The notes beneath the pieces were generated by a model, which ran no database searches, was not told the origin of the DNA, and saw only the letters and a list, made by a program, of their open reading frames with translations. A stretch of DNA of 42,728 nucleotides from contig CAMYJL010000001.1 of assembly GCA_947258645.1 (NCBI GenBank), positions 1 through 42,728 of the forward strand, written 5' to 3'. The translations under genes and the position numbers were made by a program. Origin of the DNA: an uncultured Nitrospinota bacterium (lineage in GTDB: Bacteria; UBA8248). Positions 1 to 6,403 of this stretch are shown piece after piece (positions within the stretch are counted from its first letter, which is position 1; every line of letters starts with the position of its first letter).

Positions 1-34
1 AAGAATAAACGACGACATCTTTCACATCGCTCAA
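1..34 (-). CDS. possible 5' end of a gene continuing beyond the left window edge (MSDVKDVVVYS...)
   Basis: AAGGAGA Shine-Dalgarno 7 nt upstream of TTG at 34..32. Only 11 codons are visible, so no identity can be assigned. Confidence 0.2.
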   Translation of the reverse strand, partial: MSDVKDVVVYS

Positions 35-185
35 TCTGGTTTCTCCTTATTCATCACAGTTTAAAAAACGAAATTGGTTCTCCCCACCCAGAGGGAAGAA
101 TCCATACTACAACCCGTACTTAGGTACAGAGTCAAGGCATGCACTGCCCGGCGTCTTACCTCCCCTCAGGGCGCCGGGCGGTGTG

Positions 186-208
186 GGTTCCGGGCCAGGC
201 CCGGAACC
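186..208. terminator. GC-rich hairpin GGTTCCGGGCC-A-GGCCCGGAACC, candidate terminator after merT-like copy 1
   Basis: Perfect 23-nt inverted repeat about 26 nt past the TAA at 236..234. There is no clean U-tract on the minus strand; a T-rich run follows on the plus strand. Confidence 0.4.
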
Positions 209-233
209 GGATATCATATTTATATTCAATACC

Positions 234-713
234 TTATGTGGCACACGGATTCGCTTTAGCTCGCCCCGTGCCCACGTCGCAGGGGTTCCGGGGGCTTTTC
301 CGCAATTCCTCGACAACTTCCCTGGGCCACGGATTCTGAACCGCGCAAGGGTTCGCGGGGCTCAGGAGATACGTCACGCTCCAGGGCGGAAGCATGATCG
401 TCGCGGCGAGGATCAAAACGCCCAGATAAAGATAGGTGTCGCAGACCGTCCTGGGCCTGAGTGAGGCGAATATTCCGGAAACGCCCCCTTTCCGCCCAAT
501 CTGAAGACGCGTTTTAAAATTCCCGAAAAACGTCCACGCAAGCGCCACGGCCGCGAACGCGATGAAATAAGGCCGGTAGAAAAACAAACTCCCCAACCCG
601 CCGACAATCGAAGCCCCGAGACCCAGGGCCAGCCTGAAGGTCCATCAGGCGGATGAAGCGGACCCCGGAATAACCGACCCGGAAAAACCGGATTTTCGAT
701 GCTCCTCTCCCAT
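234..713 (-). CDS. merT: MerT-family membrane protein, copy 1, with one in-frame TGA (647..645; candidate selenocysteine, or else a pseudogene)
   Basis: GGGGAGAGAG SD plus ATG at 713, then 22 sense codons, TGA, then TGG. The same frame continues into the listed TTG ORF 234..596. The product ...GSASSA-U-WTFRLALGLGASIVGGLGSLFFYRPYFIAFAAVALAW...LYLGVLILAATIMLPPW resembles MerT (ASACCLGPLVLIALGFSGAW..EPYRPIFIG..LGFPYV). Confidence 0.6.
612..630 (-). other. SECIS-like hairpin GGCCCU-GGGUCUC-GGGGCU inside merT-like copy 1
   Basis: 6-bp stem with a 7-nt loop containing GGUCU. It starts 14 nt after the TGA at 647..645, which is 11 nt after the following TGG codon. The stem differs from the copy-2 hairpin only by pair-preserving changes. 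Confidence 0.5.
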
Positions 714-774
714 CTCTCTCCCCTCTTTTTGATAGGACGCATCCCCATGCGCCATCATTTACGGACAAGGGAAA

Positions 775-805
775 AGCTACACTCCGTACCGTGGTACGTG
801 GTCAA
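775..805 (-). promoter_or_regulatory. MerR-type operator/promoter upstream of merT-like copy 1
   Basis: The minus strand reads TTGACC-ACGTACCACGGTACGGAGT-GTAGCT: a -35 box, a 19-nt spacer and a weak -10 box. The spacer contains CGTAC-N4-GTACGGA. Compare the Tn501/Tn21 merOP, TTGACT-CCGTACATGAGTACGGAAG-TAAGGT, with dyad TCCGTAC-N4-GTACGGA. It also holds a perfect CGTACC-AC-GGTACG palindrome (785..798). Confidence 0.6.
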
Positions 806-867
806 CCGGAAAAACCGGGGCTGTCTGGCCCGTTCCGGCCGAACCCTCGTTTTGCCTGTTTTTTCAG

Positions 868-1314
868 CTACTTTTGCGCACAGGGATTTTGGGGGGCGCG
901 CGGGTTTTTCGGAGCACAGGGATTTGCTGAAGCGGGGCCAGGGCTTTTGGCCCTGACAAGGAGAGGGCGCCCCCAGTGGGGAAACGCCATCAAAGCGATC
1001 ACAGCCACCACGCCCAGGTAGAGGCGCAGGTCTTTTCCGGTCCTGGGCCAGAACTCGCCGATCACCGCCGCCGCGCCGCGCGGCCGGGCAAGGCGGACGC
1101 GATTCTTGAAATGGCGGGAGAGCGTCCACCCGAGCATCAGGATCGCGAACGCGATGAAGTAGGGACGATAGGGGGTCAGGCCGCCCAGCCCGCCCAACAC
1201 CGAGGCCCCGAGACCCGGAGCCAGCGCCGGGGCTCATCAAGCAGAGCAGGCCGCACCCGAAAAAATGGATCCGATCCAGCCGAATTTTTTTGCCTTGTCC
1301 GCATCCGCCATCAT
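868..1314 (-). CDS. merT: MerT-family membrane protein, copy 2, with two consecutive in-frame TGA codons (1239..1234; candidate Sec-Sec in place of the MerT Cys-Cys)
   Basis: GAGGAGA SD plus ATG-ATG at 1314, then 25 sense codons (MMADADKAKKFGWIGSIFSGAACSA), TGA TGA, and 121 further open codons in the same frame (the listed ORF 868..1200). APALAPGLGASVLGGLGGLTPYRPYFIAFAILMLGW...LYLGVVAVIALMAFPHW matches MerT TM1-TM3. SA-TGA-TGA aligns with MerT SA-C-C. Confidence 0.7.
1204..1222 (-). other. SECIS-like hairpin GGCUCC-GGGUCUC-GGGGCC inside merT-like copy 2
   Basis: It starts exactly 11 nt after the second TGA. Numbering the U of that UGA as 1, the loop carries G22 G23 U24 C25 U26. This is the same sequence at the same positions as the apical loop of the E. 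coli fdhF SECIS (UGA-N11-GGUUGCAGGUCUGCACC). Confidence 0.6.
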
Positions 1315-1361
1315 CGCTCTCCTCTGCGACTTGCCGCCGGGAACCACTCTCCATGCGTAAA

Positions 1362-1393
1362 AGGATACACGCCGTATTATGGTCCAGAGTCAA
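1362..1393 (-). promoter_or_regulatory. candidate promoter of merT-like copy 2 with an over-long spacer (TTGACT-N20-TATCCT)
   Basis: -35 TTGACT (1393..1388) and -10 TATCCT (1367..1362). The spacer CTGGACCATAATACGGCGTG contains only an imperfect dyad (CCATA-A-TACGG). Spacers of 19-20 nt are typical of MerR-family-controlled promoters. Confidence 0.35.
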
Positions 1394-1419
1394 GCGGTTT
1401 CGTGCGGAAAAATAGAGGC

Positions 1420-2502
1420 TCAACTCCCGTTCAGCTTCCGGTAGGCCTTCTGCATGATGAGGGCGTCGTATTCGAGGGCCGGGCTTTCGCAGACGACCCT
1501 TCCCACGACGCCGAAGTCGATCAGCGCCCGGAAGAGATCCGGGTAGTTCATGTCGGACTCGTCCAGCTCGAGGTGATGCGCCTCGCCCTTTTCGGTGTAG
1601 GCGATGCCCGAAAGATGAATGTGCATCGAGGCGAGCGCCGCTTTCCCCGCCTTGTTCTTGATCTGCTCGAGCTGGGCGGCGAATTCATCGTAGGTGTTTT
1701 TCGCCCCGGCCGATCGGGCGTGCATGTGGGCGAAGTCCACCGTCATGCCCACATTTTTCCCCTGAAGCTCCCTGGTCATCCCGGTCAGCTCATCGAGCGA
1801 GCCGAACTGGCTCCCCTTCCCGGTCGTCTCCGGGTCGAGCCGCACCGGGCACCCTTCTTCCGCCAGAATGTCGGCCAGCTCGCCGACCTGCTTTGTCATG
1901 AACGCGTACACCTCGGCGGCGTCGCGCTTTTGATAAAAGCCGGGATGAAAACACGCGCCGTCGCCGCCGCAGGCCTGGAGCGCCCGCGCCGTGTCGAGGA
2001 CGCGCTTCCGGCTCGCCTCGAGCTTTTCCGCTTCCAGCGAATAGAGGTTGATGTAGTAGGGCCCGTGCGCCGTCACGCGGACACCCGTTTCTTTCCGGGC
2101 CGCCATCACCTCTTCGCAGGTCTCGGGCCGGATGCGCACGCCGTGGACGAACTCCATCTCGTACACGCCGAGGCCGAGCTCGTGCAGGCGCTTGATCGCG
2201 CCGGGATGGCTCTGCGGTTTGGCCGAATGGGGGACGCCCCCCGTCCCGAAAAAGATGCGGTCGGTTTTTTTGGGCCTGGCGTTCACGCTGAGCGGCCCGT
2301 CGTAGACGCGGCCCTTGGGCTTTTCCTTCGGAACGCCGGGGGCCCAGCCCATGACGTTCGCGGGCGCTTTTTTCTTGGCCGGTTTTTTCTTCGCGGCCGT
2401 TTTCTTAACGGCGGTCTTGGTCTTCGCCGCCGGTTTTTTAACTGTCTTCGCGGCCGATTTGGCGGCCTTTTTCTTGAGCGGCAAAGGAACCTCCGTCTTC
2501 AA
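1420..2502 (-). CDS. endonuclease IV-like / xylose-isomerase-like TIM-barrel protein with a Lys/Ala-rich histone H1-like N-terminal tail
   Basis: The N-terminus is KKKAAKSAAKTVKKPAAKTKTAVKKTAAKKKPAKKKAP. It is followed by AP-endonuclease-family-2-like motifs (HGPYYINL, FHPGFY, DFAHMHA, HIHLSGI..E). Confidence 0.7.
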   Translation of the reverse strand: MKTEVPLPLKKKAAKSAAKTVKKPAAKTKTAVKKTAAKKKPAKKKAPANVMGWAPGVPKEKPKGRVYDGPLSVNARPKKTDRIFFGTGGVPHSAKPQSHPGAIKRLHELGLGVYEMEFVHGVRIRPETCEEVMAARKETGVRVTAHGPYYINLYSLEAEKLEASRKRVLDTARALQACGGDGACFHPGFYQKRDAAEVYAFMTKQVGELADILAEEGCPVRLDPETTGKGSQFGSLDELTGMTRELQGKNVGMTVDFAHMHARSAGAKNTYDEFAAQLEQIKNKAGKAALASMHIHLSGIAYTEKGEAHHLELDESDMNYPDLFRALIDFGVVGRVVCESPALEYDALIMQKAYRKLNGS

Positions 2503-2580
2503 GGGGAGCGAAAAACGAGTCTCGTCAAGGACGCAAGAACCATATCAAATCGGCGGGTGCCATGCACCGGAGCGTGCCTC

Positions 2581-3276
2581 TTACCGCGAACCACCCCGCA
2601 TTCCCTGTGGCGGCATATCAGGAAAATCGCCGTAAACTTTCGCTCGGCGGATCACGCCGCCATCGGACGGAACGCTTTCCTCCAGCCACTCATCAAGCTG
2701 GGCCAGGAGCTCCTTCCGCCCCCAGCCCTTCTCGGCGCTGGTGAGGATGGGCCCGGACCACCGTCCATAGCGAGCGCCGCCCTCCATCAGGGTCTTAATC
2801 AGATCGTCCGCCGCCTTTTTCCGCTCGCCCTGCTTGAGCTTGTCGGTCTTCGTGAGGGCGAGACAGGCGGGCAGATTGGCCTCGGCCAGCCACTCGAGAA
2901 GGTCGAGGTCCATTTCCCTCGCGCCGCGCCGTGAATCGATCAGGACGATCACGCCCCGAAGCGCCTCACGCTCGCGGAGGTACTGATCGACCATGCGCTG
3001 CCAGTTTTTCTTTACGGCGATGGGAACTTTCGCGAAGCCGTAGCCCGGCAGATCGACGAGCACGAAGGTGTTGTCGATCCGGAAAAAGTTGATGAGCTGG
3101 GTCTTGCCGGGCGTACCGCTCGTCTTGGCGAGCTTCTTCCGGCGAGTGAGCGCGTTGATGAGAGAAGACTTGCCGACGTTGCTCCGGCCGGCGATGGCGA
3201 TCTCAGGAACTTCAGCGAGGATCCATCCGCGCTGGTCCGCCGCGCTGGTGATGAACTCGGCCTGCTCGATTTTCAT
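2581..3276 (-). CDS. engB: ribosome biogenesis GTP-binding protein YsxC/EngB
   Basis: G1 motif AGRSNVGKSSLINAL, DLPGYG, and TKTDK (NKxD-like). Confidence 0.9.
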   Translation of the reverse strand: MKIEQAEFITSAADQRGWILAEVPEIAIAGRSNVGKSSLINALTRRKKLAKTSGTPGKTQLINFFRIDNTFVLVDLPGYGFAKVPIAVKKNWQRMVDQYLREREALRGVIVLIDSRRGAREMDLDLLEWLAEANLPACLALTKTDKLKQGERKKAADDLIKTLMEGGARYGRWSGPILTSAEKGWGRKELLAQLDEWLEESVPSDGGVIRRAKVYGDFPDMPPQGMRGGSR

Positions 3277-3300
3277 GAGCCCATGAGCCGGAGGGCGCGC

Positions 3301-4608
3301 CTAACCCGACGCGGGCGGAGCGAAGGCGTGGATGACGAGCCCGGTGCGGAGCTTGGGAAAAAAGTAGGTCGATTTGTGCGGCATTTTGCCGCCCGCCTTG
3401 GCGATCCGCACCACCGATTCGACCGGTGTGGGGTTGAGCAGCAGCGCGACGGCGCACTCTCCCGCCCGAGCGGCGGCGAGCGCGAGTTCGGGATCAGGCG
3501 TGAAAGCGATATCGACCTCATCATGCGAGGCCTTAAACGCCCCGTCGATCACATCATCCGAAAGGCGACTCACGTCGAGCGAAGATACGGCTTGAGCGAT
3601 GGTGTCGCCGTCGCCAGGCTCATCCGCTTTTCTCGTGAGATAGCGGAGCGGGCCTTTTCCGTCATAGAGGCAGAAGACGGTTTTGCCGCCCCCGGCCATC
3701 TCGCTCAGGCGCTCCGAAACAGCAATCCCCTCGCCCCCGGCGGGAGCGGGGGCTTCGGTGATCTCGTAAGAATCGGCCAACCGGGCGAGGGCTTCATCCA
3801 CCGATGCACCCAGTTTTTTCAAAAGCCGATGAGTGGGAAGCACCGCCATGCCGGGGTCAGATGCGTTCGCGAGACACATGAGCGTGTAATCGGCCTCGCC
3901 GCTTAAGGCCGTTCCGTTTTGACGAGCTGCTTCCTGAAGATTGAGCGAGGTTTCGTAGCGGTGATGGCCGTCCGCGATGAACGCCTCCTTGTCGGCCAGG
4001 GCCCGCCGGACCGCCTCGATGGCCGCCGGATCGTCGCAGCGCCAGAGGGTGTGACGCACGCCGTCGTCCTCGAAGTCGGCAATGGGGTCTCCATTCATCG
4101 AAGAGGAAAGAGAGGAAAACGCCGTATCTTCCGAGTCGCTGTAGAAGCTGAAGATGGGCCCGAAGTGCGCGCCGCACTTTCCGTAAAGGCCGAACAAAAA
4201 GCCCTTGGGCTTGGGAAAGGTCTGCTCATGGGGATAGATTTTCCCCTCGCCATACTTTTCCAAGCGGACGGCCGCAAAAAATGTGCGGCGCTCCAGACGT
4301 TTTCCGCCGGGAAGGGTGAAACTCTGGAGGTAGGGATATACTGCGGGGCTGGGGTCCGCGGCAAGAATTCCCTCTTTGAGCCAGTTGGAAATAAATCCGG
4401 TTGCGCGGCCGATGCGCCCCTCGTCATCGGCCTCGCCCTCTAGAATTTCCCCCTGGATGAGGCGGACGACGTTGTGCGGGTGCCGATCGTAAAAAGCCCG
4501 CTGAAGTTCGGGCGTGAACACATCATAAGGAGGGGATGTGACCTCGCCCATCTCTTCGGGAGAAACCTTGGCGTGACGTATTGCCCGGAACGGGCGGATA
4601 TCGACCAC
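3301..4608 (-). CDS. DUF1015 family protein
   Basis: The N-terminal signature IRPFRAIRH...SPPYDV and the length (435 aa) are typical of DUF1015. Confidence 0.75.
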   Translation of the reverse strand: MVDIRPFRAIRHAKVSPEEMGEVTSPPYDVFTPELQRAFYDRHPHNVVRLIQGEILEGEADDEGRIGRATGFISNWLKEGILAADPSPAVYPYLQSFTLPGGKRLERRTFFAAVRLEKYGEGKIYPHEQTFPKPKGFLFGLYGKCGAHFGPIFSFYSDSEDTAFSSLSSSMNGDPIADFEDDGVRHTLWRCDDPAAIEAVRRALADKEAFIADGHHRYETSLNLQEAARQNGTALSGEADYTLMCLANASDPGMAVLPTHRLLKKLGASVDEALARLADSYEITEAPAPAGGEGIAVSERLSEMAGGGKTVFCLYDGKGPLRYLTRKADEPGDGDTIAQAVSSLDVSRLSDDVIDGAFKASHDEVDIAFTPDPELALAAARAGECAVALLLNPTPVESVVRIAKAGGKMPHKSTYFFPKLRTGLVIHAFAPPASG

Positions 4609-4723
4609 GGAAACAGCCCTTTCAAAATAGAAGAAATGAATAGAACGATCCGGTCCGGCTGAACCTTACCGCCGGGCGGGGAAGGGTGTCAAAACGAGGG
4701 GAAAAAGTAAATCGGGGTCGCGT

Positions 4724-4746
4724 AAAAATAAAGCCGGCACGCGGCT
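4724..4746 (-). terminator. intrinsic terminator (AGCCG-CGUGC-CGGCU followed by UUAUUUUU)
   Basis: Hairpin at 4732..4746 and a U-run at 4731..4724 on the minus strand, about 100 nt downstream of the small ORF stop. Confidence 0.6.
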
Positions 4747-4847
4747 ATAGAACGGAGGAGCCCTCCGGGCACACAACCAATACTCTCATCGGAGCCCGTT
4801 GACCCTGATTGGCTTTTGGAATTCGAAAATTGTCCGGAAATATTAAC

Positions 4848-5096
4848 CTATACGCGTATGTTCAGTTTCTGCCCCCGGGAGGCGCCCGCCGGGGCGATGG
4901 GAGTGCTGGTTTTTTCGACGGACCCTACCTGAAACGCACGTTTCGCGAAAATCCGGGCTACATCCGCCTCAACGCCCGTGGGCTTTTCCGGCAATTTAAC
5001 CTCGAATTTTTCGCCCCCGGCGGCCCGGCTCGTTCGATTGTCCGCCGCTGGAGAAACCGCCCGGGAAATCGCCGCGTCCATCCGTGTTTCAACCAA
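4848..5096 (-). CDS. small hypothetical protein (82 aa)
   Basis: TTG start 8 nt after GGGAGA, sigma54-type promoter upstream and terminator downstream. No family recognised. The overlapping plus-strand ORF 4809..5102 is Arg-rich and looks non-coding. Confidence 0.45.
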   Translation of the reverse strand: MVETRMDAAISRAVSPAADNRTSRAAGGEKFEVKLPEKPTGVEADVARIFAKRAFQVGSVEKTSTPIAPAGASRGQKLNIRV

Positions 5097-5154
5097 TTTT
5101 AAGTCTCCCTTGTTGATTCAAGCTTGAGCGCACCTTTTTCCTCAGTAAAGAAGA

Positions 5155-5170
5155 GCAGGATTGGTGCCAA
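5155..5170 (-). promoter_or_regulatory. sigma54 (-24/-12) promoter TGGCACCAATCCTGCT
   Basis: GG and GC elements sit at the exact consensus spacing (TGGCACG-N4-TTGCW), about 60 nt upstream of the TTG at 5096. Confidence 0.55.
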
Positions 5171-5198
5171 TTCGTGATAATTAAATAAAACATTTTAT

Positions 5199-5211
5199 AT
5201 CAATGACTTAT
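5199..5211. promoter_or_regulatory. IHF-like site TATCAATGACTTA preceded by an A/T tract
   Basis: Matches WATCAA-N4-TTR, 30-40 bp upstream of the -24 element, the usual position in sigma54 promoters. Confidence 0.35.
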
Positions 5212-5443
5212 TTGGGTAATTCCACCGATTGAGACGCCCAACCCCACCTCAAAACGAGGGAAAAATGACGCCCGGAGGACCGCCAATTGACACACTCCGC
5301 CACCAGCTGATCCGGGAAACAAAGACACCAGCCCCATGCTACAATCCCGCCAAAATCCCGTGGATAGGCTTTGATCCCTTTATCTCCCCCTCCGGCGAAA
5401 TTGAGAAATTTCAAGCCGGGAAAATCACACGGAAAAAAGAAAA

Positions 5444-6403
5444 ATGAAATCGGAAATCAAGTTCGGTATCACCTTTGGCATGCACCCCGATCGTCCGACC
5501 CCGCCGGACGAGATGTTCTCGCTGGTGGAGAATATCGAACGGATGGGTTTCGATTCGCTCTGGATCGGGGATCACATCGCTTTCCACGGCGGCTATTTCT
5601 CGGAGAGCCTGACCACACTGGCGGCTTTTGCGGCCCGGACCTCGCGACTCATGATCGGCTCGGCCGTTTATCTCCTGCCTCTTCGCCGGCCCGGCGTTGC
5701 GGCCAAAATTGCCTCGACGGTGGACTACCTTTCGGGCGGCGGACGCTTTGTCTTCGGGATCGGCGTCGGCGGGGAAGGAAAAGAAGAGTTCCAGCTCAGC
5801 GGCGTTCCCATAAAGGAGCGCGGCGCACGGACGGACGAATCCATCGAAATTATCCGCAAGCTGTGGACCGGTGAGGCGGTGAGCCACCACGGGCGTTTCT
5901 GGAAATTCGAGGGAGCGCATCAGCGGCCGAAGCCGCTTACGCCCGGCGGGCCGCCCATCTGGATCGGAGGCCGTAGCGAGGCAGCTCGAAAGCGCGCGGC
6001 GCTTGCGGGAGATGGCTATGTATCTTACCTCTATACGGCAAAACGCTTCGCCGAGGGCTTGGCGCAAATTCAGGATTGGGCCGGGGAAGGGGGACGGACG
6101 CTTTCTATCGACGAAGGAAAATGGACACCCGCCCATCATGCCTTTATGTATGTCGACGGGGACTCCGAGCGCGCTTTGCGAACGGGAACGGAATATCTAT
6201 CGAAGCGCTACAACATGGACTTTAAGGGCATTGCAGATAAATACCTGATTCACGGCTCAACCGAACAGTGCATCGAGCAATTTGAGGCGTTCAAGAAAGC
6301 GGGCGCGAGGCACTTTATCCTAAGGCCCACCGGAGAGCCTGAAGAGGACATGGATCAAATGAGCTATCTCATTGAGGAAATCATCCCAAAGGTGCGAAAT
6401 TGA
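5444..6403 (+). CDS. luciferase-like (LLM class) flavin/F420-dependent oxidoreductase
   Basis: FGITFG..., MGFDSLWIGDHIAFHG, overall LLM TIM-barrel pattern, 319 aa. Confidence 0.8.
   Translation: MKSEIKFGITFGMHPDRPTPPDEMFSLVENIERMGFDSLWIGDHIAFHGGYFSESLTTLAAFAARTSRLMIGSAVYLLPLRRPGVAAKIASTVDYLSGGGRFVFGIGVGGEGKEEFQLSGVPIKERGARTDESIEIIRKLWTGEAVSHHGRFWKFEGAHQRPKPLTPGGPPIWIGGRSEAARKRAALAGDGYVSYLYTAKRFAEGLAQIQDWAGEGGRTLSIDEGKWTPAHHAFMYVDGDSERALRTGTEYLSKRYNMDFKGIADKYLIHGSTEQCIEQFEAFKKAGARHFILRPTGEPEEDMDQMSYLIEEIIPKVRN

Noticed and set aside
239-255. TGGCAC motif (TGGCACACGGATTCGCT) as a sigma54 promoter. Another TGGCAC lies at 42062..42067.
   Set aside because: GG-to-GC spacing is off by one at 239..255. 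There is no GC element at the right distance at 42062. Both point into antisense or non-genic directions.
331-342. GGATTCTGAACC resembling a reverse-strand tRNA T-arm.
   Set aside because: It has an extra base relative to GGTTCGAATCC. It has no acceptor or anticodon arms around it. It lies inside the translated N-P-C tail of merT-like copy 1.
645-1239. In-frame TGAs in the merT-like genes as evidence for an alternative genetic code (TGA = Trp or Gly).
   Set aside because: Many well-supported genes in the window terminate at TGA (LLM oxidoreductase, MFS, iscR and others) with the expected protein lengths. TGA is therefore a standard stop here, and recoding must be local.
976-2934. 652-aa plus-strand ORF. 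Similar long ORFs occur at 755..1423, 5411..6139, 11484..12179, 14046..15362, 18037..18780, 18750..19541, 20746..21720, 26524..27552, 36135..36836 and 36553..37401.
   Set aside because: All lie antisense to genes with clear family signatures. They have Arg/Gly/Pro/Ala-rich, low-information translations typical of shadow ORFs in GC-rich DNA.
4848-5096. Possible FlgM (anti-sigma-28) identity of the 82-aa protein.
   Set aside because: There is only a vague resemblance (EVKLPEK..., ...DVARIFAKRAFQV). It is not enough to assign without a profile search.
4809-5102. 97-aa plus-strand ORF overlapping the small minus-strand ORF.
   Set aside because: Arg-rich composition, no SD, and no promoter or terminator logic. 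The minus-strand ORF has SD, a sigma54 promoter and a terminator.
5208-5447. Overlapping 68-aa (minus) and 72-aa (plus) ORFs upstream of the LLM gene.
   Set aside because: No SD, no recognisable family, mutually overlapping. More likely the promoter/leader region of the LLM gene and the enhancer region of the sigma54 promoter.
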